NCBI GenBank assembly: GCA_963693095.2
Contig: OY843768.1
Coordinates: 576,001-640,000 of the forward strand
DNA: 64,000 nucleotides
Reading direction: 5' to 3'
Source: Cenarchaeum sp.
GTDB lineage: Archaea; Thermoproteota; Nitrososphaeria; Nitrososphaerales; Nitrosopumilaceae
Below are positions 30,001-32,230 of this stretch, in pieces (the stretch's first letter is position 1; each line of letters opens with the position of its first letter). The translations under genes and the position numbers were made by a program. Under the pieces are notes generated by a model, which had not been told where the DNA came from, did not search any database, and worked only from the letters and a program-made list of their open reading frames with translations.

Positions 30001-32168
30001 ACGGGCCACTAGAGTTCACCATCACCGTCAATGACGCCGTGAACCCACCCAACGAGGCGTCGTTCACGCAGGAGGACCATGACAACCAGGAAGACGTTCA
30101 GCCGGTCCTCGTGGACGTCAACATGCCGAGCATCGAGGCCGTCCTGAGAACGTCGACTGACATGGTCCAGCTAGTCTTCTCCGAGGATGTCACCGGCACG
30201 GACAGCGTTTCGGTGAGCGCTGACGCAACGCCAGACGCGGCCACTGACCCGACAGCGCCCGTACTCATCAGGCCGTCGCCGGCGGGCAGCGACGCGACTG
30301 CGGCACTCGCACTCGTGCAGGGCACGTACATATTCACGATAGGGACCGGCGTCACCGACCTTGCCGGCAACGCGTTTGTGCCCCAAGAGGTCACGATCGG
30401 CGAGGGCGGGGAGATCGAGTCAGACACGCTCGTCGTGCCGGCCAGCGGCGCGCTGCCTGTCACGATCAGCGCGCCTGATGAGCGAGGACGGCCCATGGCG
30501 CCTGTCACGCTCCTCGTCGACGATCTCGTGGCAGACGACAGCACGTTTGATGGGGATATCACGATTCGCCTCGGGCGCTCCGAAGTCACTATATTCAGCG
30601 GGACCATGATCAACGACCTCGGCCCGACAGACGACGACGCGCCCACGCAGGGCACGCTCATCGCCGAGCTTGCGCGCCGCCTCGCCGACCTGACATACCA
30701 CGGCGCACTTGATGCTGACGACGAGGCCGCGCAGACGGCCAACGAGCGCGCCGCGCGGGCCATCACCTCCAGTGAGCCGGCAGTCCTCGTCACGCTAGGC
30801 AAGAGGTCTGATGCCGAGTCGGTCCTGTTCTCGAAACCAGTCCTGATCAGGCTTGATGGCGTCTCCGAGTCAGACCACATATTCTACATGGAGGCCGACC
30901 AGGATGTCGTGGACCGCATGCTCGTGACGGCGATACCGACGTGCCGTGATGCCGGATACGAGGACTTTGACCCCGAGACGGGACCGACACTGGGCAGCGC
31001 AATGACAGAGGATGATGCGCGCGAGTGCCACGTGCGCGACGGCGGGGACATTCTCATCTGGACGAACCACTTTACGCAGTTTGGCGGCAGCTTGCAGGGC
31101 ATACGCGTGGGCGGCGGCGGCGACGGGTGCGATGACTGCACGCCGCCAACGCTAGGAATAGACAGCACCGGAGTCCGCAGGGTCGCCGGCGGGTTCTCGT
31201 ACAATGCCGACACAATAGACGCCGAGTACTATTACACGCCGCTCCCGCTAATCACGGTAGAGACTGGCGAGGAGAACACGGCTGTCATCAAGGTCTTTGA
31301 GGACACCGGGCCGCAGAACGTGCGCCACGTCGGCCTGGGCTTTGGCCTCTCGCGCGGGCAGCACTTTGCCGAGTCGCAGGCCGAGATTAGGGTGCACCTG
31401 CCGTTTAGCGGCGCGCCGACCATCTCGCTTGACGATCCGGCCGGCGCCATCGACGTCGACTCGCTGCGTGCCATGACGGCAACGGGTGACTGCATGGCCG
31501 GATCGACTGCCGAGTGCCTCATCGTCACGATATACCACACGTTCCATGAGCCACTCGACTTTAACGTAGTCTCGACGATGGTCTGGGATGACAGGCGCAA
31601 CTCGTGGCAGAACTTTTTCAACCACGGCATCCACATCACCGGCGAGTCGCTAAACCCGCGCCACGGCATCGCAGTCAACGGCGGCGGGCTTGTCCTCTAC
31701 CCGCTCATCTCGGGCCACGTCGATGATGACGGTGACGGGATATACGATTATGACGCGCGCCACGTGACGTACATGCTAGACGAAGACCACCGCGTGTACC
31801 GCCTCACGCCTAACGGGACGTACCAGCTTGCGCGCAACCTCGCCTCGCTCCACCACGAGATTGACGACTCGATGTATGACGAGTCGCGCCTGACCTCGCA
31901 TGGGGCCGCGCGCGGAACGGTATTCTTTGATGAAATAATCGATAGGGAGCGCCGCATAGCCGCCGAGTACCTCAGGTCCATGGGAATGTCAATTGACATT
32001 CCCAGGGACGAGCCTGACGTGGTTCGCTCGCATGCGCCAGAAGATCGGGACGCGTACATACTCAAGCTGCAGGAGATGATAACGCGCGAGATAAACCTGG
32101 CCGAGCTTGCCCTGCGCGAGATGTATCCCGAGATCGCCGATTCGCTCTCGGAGAGCGACATGCCGTAG
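3..32168 (+). CDS. Giant repetitive cell-surface protein/adhesin (>10,700 aa, 5'-truncated): Ig-like beta-sandwich repeats, two ZU5/GAIN-like domains, distinct C-terminal domain
   Basis: The frame is open from position 3 (DAASGTIAGIDDIVRVNV, matching the internal copy at ~16609), so the true start lies upstream of the window. T/A/D/S/V-rich, with many recurring 'D..APT....ITLTFSE.....D.AGN' Ig-like motifs. Stop TAG at 32166-32168. Confidence 0.9.
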   Translation, partial: DAASGTIAGIDDIVRVNVAASETLVTAVGDIALFGTTTPADSVATGTSNAYSYVRTIAASDVGGALTFTLTIRDTAGNTATLTQANVASNVTVDSGAPTFSAELTSASTVKITFVEAVSGTTARGEWAVAGSFVASLSLPGGEANRLAIINAGDELYLNLASASAGTDLGDLTASGVTYTPRAGGALVDAARNAFVTDNGMVVATALADRAAPMFVRAAFATGGTGVTLTFTETLASLPSTLDFTLTTTVSGAPSTTLGTASAEGSMITIQVTSAITAADDGTVYTLTIGGTGAIEDTSGNEYAGAPVDVIYDSTPPTFTAGFTGARTIVLTSNEALAPATVVAANFGVTVPNAVSGGEPVSVALATADPAADPPVMPIAYDATALTVTLTLAADAPQGVVHTITPTDSLTNVAHVPYAAGGIMASRAPAAPTATAVAYTVFEGTTSTERTSPYASHARAGDTIRLSITLDGEASSVSVLFVGKTAADDAVPMDRVDATNEWRATYIVESAGSIDGPFTFVATAMTSSGATAPVDETTLSTPPPPTIDRAAPTFGAELTSADTVTITFSENVSGTTAPAEWTVAGSTVTAVTPSSPSSASEIVLTLSASRVGTALADPDGDGPLAEITPASVVYTRPGPYSATASNTIADAAAHDLAAAAMTAEATGVTDGAPPTARAAFLGSAIVILFSEPVNGVPDTLQVTQPGASAGPLGADHADGTDRASVAVSSPPAGDHSVALPTGIDDAADNALAAASVTATYAADTTAPTFRAELASASTVRIVFNEPVFGASAGSEWAVAGSGVSAVVPSSPFDATEIVLTLAVARTQTVLADTDGTGPLAEITAASVIYTRPSTGDDTLRNSAELHLATAAGGTTAATAIADKAPPTLIAERPTLDRIDNTHIVTFSEPVMLASGKSLPESADWTFSGRTSLGDIPVPFRAQTGEYFSSGVAFGYAIDLGTGDRATLVPQDTSRRDRDNGVPAFRNIAPATVMITFDAQADGRVGSIVDAEGNALAEGASTPVGDFTAPTFTARTLGLALTEVAFTEAVTGTARAADWSVSGTQATGVSLTSGGAGTATIGLDRQSVMYLVHADLASTDAEPTVSYARPSESGTGTLADPATIVMGTVSTPLEATAADGIAPTVRTSEFTGPNKLVITFSEHLAAFIPVNVDNDSGKYVVLRYGEAVPTDIGEYPVTLPDGESVPLTGTADYAEQATTSTVTLTLASPSATGTIHTVALPNNITDDARNQLAVDATASATYTASTQTDTMPPTFTARVFNTTHVVVKFDEPIQGTTAVADWAITLTGTTTPTLVGATQDPGAGNNAPRLKGSATILAAHEFDGLLYVGALKAAPFLALTDTPTVTYTQPATGGLTDVLPEGDTPNRVQTGSTVALAGDKTRPTVTSAAFTAEHTITATFSMDVTFVTGVDNYASDDAWTVTSPRGSLAVESAERTSSDTYTLTLDDDTDTIPGRAYMVTPDENVLDFYGNSALRVSGGDTGPLMSYPVQAYDGPLDARTQTSTTTLITFDGGSLTGTLAVADWAVAEAAPETAASIAISSIATVTADGMGQVTATPVDGSTPAVTHVLGSTPTVTSLLITHAELSNTASTPIVTYTRPASDGLMAGTTAVPTGPVDAADGAPPALADSGSLFMLRADRHTAQSQYYTQNPAGAGHNAWVIIKPTEPLHAGGSPIEFIGANPTDDSYTPSAAAADIAFFPGTSSPAGALVAGKAQSTQVYNYSYAVTASSPEGAIPFTLTVRDGAGNTATFTQADLTDDSSDTGSGALIAGGGYRVSVDRTAPTVDSSAFTAPNELTITFDEHLVALAAPASAGAIRDVAGVPTDVARYPTTTPDGTVTLTSAVYAEQATTSTITLTLASAAAAGTAHTVTLPVVGVDPNTLTALADDAKNLLAATTASATRQASDTTAPVASSIAFEVYDGTPDAGTLKTGDSRLLASDGDTIRLILTLSEDAAGTPTIEVHGRTAAGTAMGDNGDALATTWHHDLSVTSSWTEAAYTFTIAAADAATNSEPITRTAGLAAGVTVTVPTIDLTAPTATAVFSSTNTLVITVGEALLNTKAQVEGYAFTVSAASSTVSLATEDLMANPQVMPIVYDATASTITLTLASLAAAGVEHTVTLPAALTDRAGNAFASPAEVDATHMLPFFSAETRSDRTVLVTFDAALTGATAPSEWRVGTATPAGIAVGDGTALPVSQTLTADTKITLHLASGDRLAHTASTPTVSYTKPSGTGANVLREGTNEQGITGTALTATAADKAPPTASITSGELDELVITFSEPLDSATLPTTYEIEVESDGTLVDLHETTLPAYAAQATSSTVTITLADDATVEVELVVKIPNSITDANSNAYSGDSLSVTPKAAADTTRPTFTAETVRPGHVTIEFDEPVFGATATADWSVGGATPSGITATTVGGAPVRTSLIPRFVEGVQQPPPLVLGPMIVRIADPITSMTLQLSPTLGADATPSVAYTAPAPETLPLPPPSSPTRGLRDTALPTSNGMATATVMATDGIVGAIVPSATALTLSTLTAGDTPAIPPTLVGTGYKVTFTLTLDSTPASLPQIRLFTTGATATAMALDSGQGVPANTYTHTHTVVAADPDGLLSLWIDVGANTVVSHVATTVDQGTPTERIEYVTTGLPSQAPPPLAVTVDTTAPGVESIVLGSPPDDPTTTGTDESTTRSTITLTFNEFMNRPTLTRSSLPVTLSTGTASVIADDTNTAGIDEGVLIGQAPLRSLTDAPRTQVTITLDSPLVVSTEYTVTPATTVTDTVGNAYAGTAVSATHTVIQPLAYTARATSTTTTVITLAGALASSVTTSTDLDELEWHVEDAVRVAGEPSVSGSQRIVSLAAVTATGTAPTVTLTHAPLTVTQTPLITYVPGTEADLAGDDGAPLITTGVRAADGIAPTATAAFGTGLVAGDDTFSTVRLTFSEALSTITGATFAVNGPRVDSGNGPTVALRQDDPATTGVDESAANAVYAAGPPATVTLTLDSDVADGVYTVTITGVSDANSNAYAAGAISARSPVDFVPPRTDFHVSSSSFTSLDTLRLEFSGVLVNTDGALDGVTFAVSGPRVDSGDAGPAVTLLQESGSLSASAVSHTLITESLPGMAPTPVNSVVTLRLNADAADGEYTVAIAGARQAADATATPPRLERAYAAGDVAVTLGPLEPRAVELDIVVADTNDVERTGEATSLARAGDKIVITATLADMTASAPVIRAFGATVSEGEEETTTFGGSAVAMTAGATAREWTSTFTVSAADADTPVPAADGPFTFRMSADCTDATDTAADRDGCVDTDHDDAALLGAMLPTIDRTPPVIEDVTIATVNAASANALVVEFSEPIAAGTLSRDSLVVSTGTGASATRAALVADDADEAGDSALLHNGATVTIVLAAALADGTTYVITPTNALTDIAGNAYAASSYSAAYGSLGYAASLESRTTTVLTFGAALQSSLGVGSTLDASHWRVEDIAGSTPLALRIASVVPSTVGATTVMEVTFSDALRSSTVTASSITVADSDNNALTPTVSHTSASQVVRLTFDPALAAGTYTLGATTAVTTTSGEALGAAVSRAVAWDPASSPTVQFDDEGRPTPHPSRAAERSVISATLTRAGTSPQVTIVHSPLLNTDTPVISYSQCDAACLAGASGAPVTTGRMVAADGAPPEVVYAMRTSDGRIAIPFHEAVAGTSTATFTVNGPRASASDAGPAVPLHGTRATAVSYSDASRTITLTLVDPLPETGEYTVRMIGLTDTASPVNLYDAADTVSISPIDMRPPVESVAFTTPSSLLVTFGLGVAGVGDMVGAEVCGTAVEEGVSVFRCVLVPSDETEGTGLTGISVSYRRVTSSVVNGETVLAPHSSSTLAGATFELRGPRVDDSDPGPVIGISQAAYSGVPPPTVGIALGSPVSPGAYSLSIAGVTGITQLRHELVTSIGVVLEAPRRAATAIEYDVLKGAEGSKTIVTPGDGRLSQFVGAGDDIRLTVTLNEAVTMAPQVRFVGKVTADDADTAVDESLGVPMSAVSGRTNTWTTTYTVETAEQNAGLRDGPFTFEIPHPDGVSVGPTITGASGHAAPLIAANNGVPIGPVVDTDPSSPTFEQVLDRLHSAPTPPTIDRTAPTIATVSFVSADAAASNAIRVMFDERINPATLTRASLPVTATDSSGSPLTITLHTDDATEDGDSAILVSAVNSGVGSGASQYTAVTIVLASALTDGATYTVTPAPTVTDLAGNALALTGTEPDTRAVSATYSAPPAALTYTVMTASPTQTTVTFGAALHARITTSTDLDEAKWIVEDIAGASPATTPSAADDRAVTAITVTTVGASPVLTLTHEALTETSRALVSYRPSLGDPPTFDAAGAPVTSQPGATAGHDIVGATGAAVSTDAVHATAGGAPTVRTVFESSATTRTILLSEEVSATPTVEMRATGTPTYASAAVEATAGRAILVASTLSGSVDVRIAGIHSSTVEATGVPVATDRIDTDVYIVPGDATAATVVGRDASHGLRDASGRAMAPLSASFNVPADGELVLIAVSPSVSDRSVRLLFSEAIDPASVSASAFEVTGPSPSTAPLTITTATLDAALSVGAPRNVVTLVIAEDISAAGQYVVTARAAGGITQPDAVPEGALAADSVSVFRVAAAGTATLTAAAPSGAQTVVATLTPAIDMTSAGPQVFRIVGPSGAQQFRAIESTTATSATTVSISVRAALPAGTYTLETIEPPRATGLTLNLDRLDGTAGAGTAADTVDAPITARIDGAELVIPSGATFTFGSAAEAVLLERAALDADEAYSAPGSSPTAADTAAAAAISAIIESDAAARALGARGDALSSVPLIEAGSASSGISLSAPASLRIDGDASDTGAIHAFYLSGADNDVVNAVPECADSVTHTTAPTLGAGEDCYVEDGADVVIWTSHMTQFGVATSGTPLTFVASSTSATQTLVTFSLPVSGTTAAAEWAVNGVQATGVASAGASAAAQTLDDDYTLTLTHADAGTAARDSVTYTRSAGQSSQILLSGTGDDTMELAAPGDTVSADALGDAASPTFTAEFLDADTITLLPSEALDADTVTGANFGLSGPDGPDAGSLRDILALDATTPVDYTAGTTTIALNLDESAIADGLYVIRPSTSVTDVRGNAYVSSAGSLATGLVFAATDATATYDPTLGDFDARAQSLVVTRVTFGAALAGTLDVGNWTVTDDDADVAMITRVALGSADDAREATPDTTHAIAQGSAALALFITHEELDSTAATPRVAYAGGDLTAGGLDVADRGVEAADGIAPSIESAMFTDADMLDITISETLLNSKADVDGYTFGVTVPDTDSDGVPEDVQLDGTNPVDYDATASTITLTLAGDATSAIVHTVTLPAALVDRAGNAFASPAEADATYTPDVAPAATDVEYTVLEGTTSNARPDPYSSHARAGDTIMLSITLGGEASSVSVLFVGKTDDPDTTADDANTVAMARVESTNEWRAMYVVESTGTIDGAFTFDATVTAASGATRPVDEATLSATTPPTIDRAAPTATVTATVRLAGQGTDAASGTIAGIGDTVRVKVAANEPLVTAPGDIALFGTSTAADSVDPGTSNAYSYVRTIVASEANGPLTFSLTIRDRAGNEATLTQADVESNVTVDSDAPTLSSAATATTATLTVTLSEAVTGAGVTTEWSAEDGATEAMISGVDVSGSTVTLTYATIADTSFAPTVEYTGTGIVDAARNAITLDSATSAATVAATDALRPEIDTSTFTAADKISVTFSEAVTSDLRTGAEGWSVVAGSSLTVSDVMFASPTYTLTVSDVVPGTEYTINAADMIDDLVTPTANRVLSTESDTATYTAPDPFAAATRSLTTTLVTFDGGALAGTLDVDDWTVTDNDTGSADAELVISSVATVAASGSVTATPETSAGAGDAVTPAIPSSPAATQLLITHGPLSSTAATPRVDYAGGDLREGGASGTGVADGGADAADGVPPTFTVHDATEAEEGLVGVTDEDGRVMYSVYTARMSEAMDAADFASTPTGADGQWSVALGTATAAADMVHRAAAAGPLPDRVVVRVLASGLVAFPFPQGTPTLTYTASGDLALADAAAVAMASPTSAAVTPEPPAGPPFAAETRSATTTIVTFDGGDLGGALAVADWSVMESGGVGQRLVALVVETVTTDPTDSVRSNTVGTPHGAPVASVTVGASPAVTQVLITHPQISTAATPTVSYRGTGLTEGGIAVELGDAVAADGAPPTFEAELTSASSVRVIFSEPVDGATAVGEWAVDGSAPESLSLTEDGAAEAGTASLAGTEELFIALAAPRPGTDLGGLTAAGVTYTAPTQGAIEDDTDNDLGTANTALQATAVTDKAPPMIVSATFTDADTISVTFTEDVTNVTDIVGGDGWSVELGSTPVGLNSAARTADSTYTLELTAGVDTGMAHTIHAADAIADVSDAANPIDAGAMTTATYTAPAQAPTITGATLDTPTSITVTFSEMLDGETDADEWRVDNTAPASVTAGGSTAAAGTELTITAATMTLTLTLASAQDADATPIVTYTRPTGTSANSLDNPADTPLDSTLSPHVTAADMIDPSIDSARFTAANMIEVTFTEPVTEDTSTSAAGGTGWSLTDTVGSLAVQTVAHSGSTYTLTLDGNAVLARAYTIDAADGITDESPADNPVDDGERVGVTYTIPDTSVPTFSAELTSASTARIEFSEAVSGMTAASEWAFADSTVESLSLMADGTFTMGNLVLSGTELFATFDRARTRTSLDNGDGNDDGTAVEITPAVVTYTRPSTGDNTIQDGTNHLAAAGDSTDATAVTDKAPPTFTARTVTVTTIAVTFSEAIHNTSASADNPRADVLSVTNWDVDDGTPSSLVAANFTQAGAPTGPGNAAYTVFTLTFASAFGVDATPTVTYVRSGPGYLSDALTSHFRDHSDNNEISDDALAAVATDGIGPAIDTTAPTVSTDDVEFRRSADGMTYSIRIHFSEALDRDTVTAAGNFALTSNSNPVTVTPSYVAPASGQTTSHVDLALTTAPTMSARYSITIAPAVTDVAMNAVASASRSFTVDLDITPPTVSSAAFSGLSTIVLSVSEPLDTDTVTGLTVMGLGSATDLTVSTAANMGTSAPYTVHATTTDATANARYTLTVPTTVTDDSSTPTALAAPATFTVTAPATGGTIATPTVMSAQTTSRETTTVTFSGTLALGETSASDWALTPGSITVTSLRAGMQTEAASTPSATLDMGDVSITPTNMITLVHTTIGTGATPTVQYDGTGTITASGAPGVVPTTASPHTTATDGVAPLVMTATYAETNREITLTFSEGLDSDTVIAANFAVRGFTEPTTRSDTLAFNTAHGTDGVLYTAGSSDSETSMVSIRLATSDSYDDYKVVIAGSVMDTNTNAYVPIDNPDGSDATDDSDVDVEKVDETAPRATEITATVHDGTPGASTAKTGDHRTFAGIGDTVRLDITLDEDASGTPTIDVAGVTGASMDDMADGDATTWRYDLVVSATTVETSSLTFTINVTDGDNSGTITETTGHVGTLMFNRPTIDVTVPTATVTTSVRLEDAPSDSSTVTTAGIDDELRVTLTASEALDARVTDIDLFAAAVDADSVEGAGANAYAYVRTIVADDANGDIEFSVTFRDRAGNAAAAALTHTDATPRVTVDATPPTITSAATASTTTLTVTLSEAVTGAGTWSAVDGSTTAMISSAGVSGDTVTLTYTAIADTSFAPRVTYSGTGIVDAGRNALVSGSQQGATDGVSPTAEAAFSGNSIVITFSEPVTGVTSMDVTAPMASTSVSTTAHHTAGEATVRIDPPTPVAIGTWTVAIPATVTDVATNARATTSVTAERAEAPTATVAYEVQEQATMTAKASPHTNHARADDTIVLSLTLSESVDTAPTVLFVGKTTNPVTMTRAGTTNVWSAPYVVESTGSIDGTFTFAATLTGNTGSTRPVSADPATAPTIDRVEPTVSTTVFMGNSIVITFSEPVYNVPMTLDVTAPGETMDEDTTAHHTDGEATVRIDLTEPVDVGSWTVDIPAAVIDVANNARAAASASVMAMRTDAPTATVAYAVFESDGTTHRTAPHADHARVGDKIRLSLTLSEAVTTAPTVVFVGKVDDPSTPLVDESGSANMVNVAGTNEWRATYTVETDMQDTAELGSPFTFIATITGNTGSTGTATEALATPPTIDRVVPRITSAEFTEADTIVITLSEALAGTASTIESYTYGLTAPDNTNTPDDSDANPDVIVLATAAPSATPPVKPVTYNAGSRTITLTLAADATADVAYTVELPTELVDVAENAFTDRTEDATYDPPEASSLTFTVMTGSPLTEKTGANANLAGIGNTIRITLGLDAAVTAVPQITLDGRDTASVAMTAGAAMTWSHDYVVDATHDSATASDPLDISMLVTGNNGNVVRITATDGLASGTSVTLPLIDAERPTATALTAAVVLAGQSADAAAGTVAAIGDNVLVRLTADEELTTAATDIAFFGRTGVNANSVTPGASNLYTYARTILDTDDNGPLAFSLTMSDIAGNTATAALTQGDLTGTNVTVDSDAPTVTAMSHSDTARTITLTFSEGLLATTAVAANFEVRGFTESTQVRSPSALALNAAHGTAGVDYTAGTLASDASTVTIGLNADDSYDAYKVIIATAVTDTATNAYVPISNPDGDAATDDSDITVQKTDMTAPRATEISVTVHDGAATVAAKTGDAAGFAGIGDTVRLDITLNEDASGTPTIDVAGETGEMMNDRGDVDAKTWRYDLTVSATTTETSSLDFTITVTDGTTQGMITATTGHVGTLTFDRPAIDRTAPTASSLTTTVRLEGAAADSSTVTLAGIDDDVRINVTASEPLVTAVGDIALFGTLTAADSVDPGASNAYSYVRTIVDSDANGPLAFSLTMRDRAGNTATLTQADVDGTNVTVDADAPTIMSAVTASTTTLTVTLSEAVTGTSMGGHWSAIDTDPAVTAAISAADVSGSTVTLTYTAIEDTSFSPEVTYTAPSSGAPADAARNALGGSPVTAADGLSPTATAAFSGNSIVITFSEPVTGVTSMGVTAPSASTPTSMTADYDDGTRTATIDLTAPIATGTWTVNIPMTVIDASNNVRATASVTADRAAAPTATVAYEVQDQSTGTARAAPYTNHAREGDVIRLSLTLSEAVDMAPTVLFVGKTDSPDTTADDANTVTMMQVGSTMEWYADYMVETVAAAPAIDGQFTFIATLTGNMGAMGPVTQASTSPPTIDRVAPTLSAAQTDGLREVSVTFSESVWGTTSASEWTVGGTAAESITTDGSAQTGDLNLVRRATLAIGLSQAGELAGGEARPAVALMARASGGLVDIAGNPVDGTPVTAIDRIRPSLVSMEFTAPRMITVTLSEPIDADTLGRSIPQGSLSPRLGAITVNYAAGAESLTLMTVNGAVEGTSHSLTLPSRVTDAANPAGVARNNILPTSVSDSLPSTVEPTYTARTYNASHVIVTFSAPVQGTTAASEWTFEVPPSDLVTPDGTGRAVNAVADKIDPDMTERLDDTILASSAFTGPFYVGHKDPSDGTFPVWGPGATPVVRFTMPSNGLASVVPEGDTPITLKTGAVTAADAIAPTAASAVFDTPTEVHVTFSEDVRIQNRDGLTVSGLAVTGAMLGMSDNIVVLTVSPPAVEGTAHTVGIARASVQDGGGNTLAADRTFKNVMFQDVLAFTASTFRAASGEHVRVVLDDDTVGTTVAGEWFIGVAADGTGGASAASLSAVCTAGAGPAVQASINMADICPGAAEFEPNTIYLAYVAPDSGATPRVAYRAPAGDGATPIVSTVNMLGISDRAVLATDGLAPLFTAAATTSSKTLTVTFDEDVTAAAGGPDASRWYHYDSAVDPPTRAELNMAVSAMTMFDSATLDDRTLTLTLPEDYAPSSGWGPGDTAAVPQTIGYVVPAGETADILDASPAANGLADGTAIRGVTDDAPPEIAMLTVVVLDDSSPRVPKTDGYAHIAGAGDAIRVTLELSEPSSTTSLPRISALNVQATMALSNGDMTATSADIAVPGSWPSDGPLEFTITVNDAVNPPNEASFTQEDHDNQEDVQPVLVDVNMPSIEAVLRTSTDMVQLVFSEDVTGTDSVSVSADATPDAATDPTAPVLIRPSPAGSDATAALALVQGTYIFTIGTGVTDLAGNAFVPQEVTIGEGGEIESDTLVVPASGALPVTISAPDERGRPMAPVTLLVDDLVADDSTFDGDITIRLGRSEVTIFSGTMINDLGPTDDDAPTQGTLIAELARRLADLTYHGALDADDEAAQTANERAARAITSSEPAVLVTLGKRSDAESVLFSKPVLIRLDGVSESDHIFYMEADQDVVDRMLVTAIPTCRDAGYEDFDPETGPTLGSAMTEDDARECHVRDGGDILIWTNHFTQFGGSLQGIRVGGGGDGCDDCTPPTLGIDSTGVRRVAGGFSYNADTIDAEYYYTPLPLITVETGEENTAVIKVFEDTGPQNVRHVGLGFGLSRGQHFAESQAEIRVHLPFSGAPTISLDDPAGAIDVDSLRAMTATGDCMAGSTAECLIVTIYHTFHEPLDFNVVSTMVWDDRRNSWQNFFNHGIHITGESLNPRHGIAVNGGGLVLYPLISGHVDDDGDGIYDYDARHVTYMLDEDHRVYRLTPNGTYQLARNLASLHHEIDDSMYDESRLTSHGAARGTVFFDEIIDRERRIAAEYLRSMGMSIDIPRDEPDVVRSHAPEDRDAYILKLQEMITREINLAELALREMYPEIADSLSESDMP
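21858..27630 (+). repeat. Internal segmental duplication in the giant gene: ~21858-23810 versus ~25620-27630
   Basis: Co-linear, highly similar DNA and protein in both copies, e.g. TNAYVPI.NPDG..ATDDSD, FAGIGDTVRLDITL.EDASGTPTIDVAG, TTGHVGTL.F.RP. Confidence 0.9.
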
Positions 32169-32230
32169 GGGCAGCCTGCGCGCCATGGGCGGGTTAAGGT
32201 TTAATGCAGGTTGTTGAGATACTGCGTGTG

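Noticed and set aside
380-32161. Many long antisense and alternate-frame ORFs over the giant gene (up to 892 aa)
   Set aside because: Shadow ORFs expected from high GC and codon bias, with no recognisable motifs.
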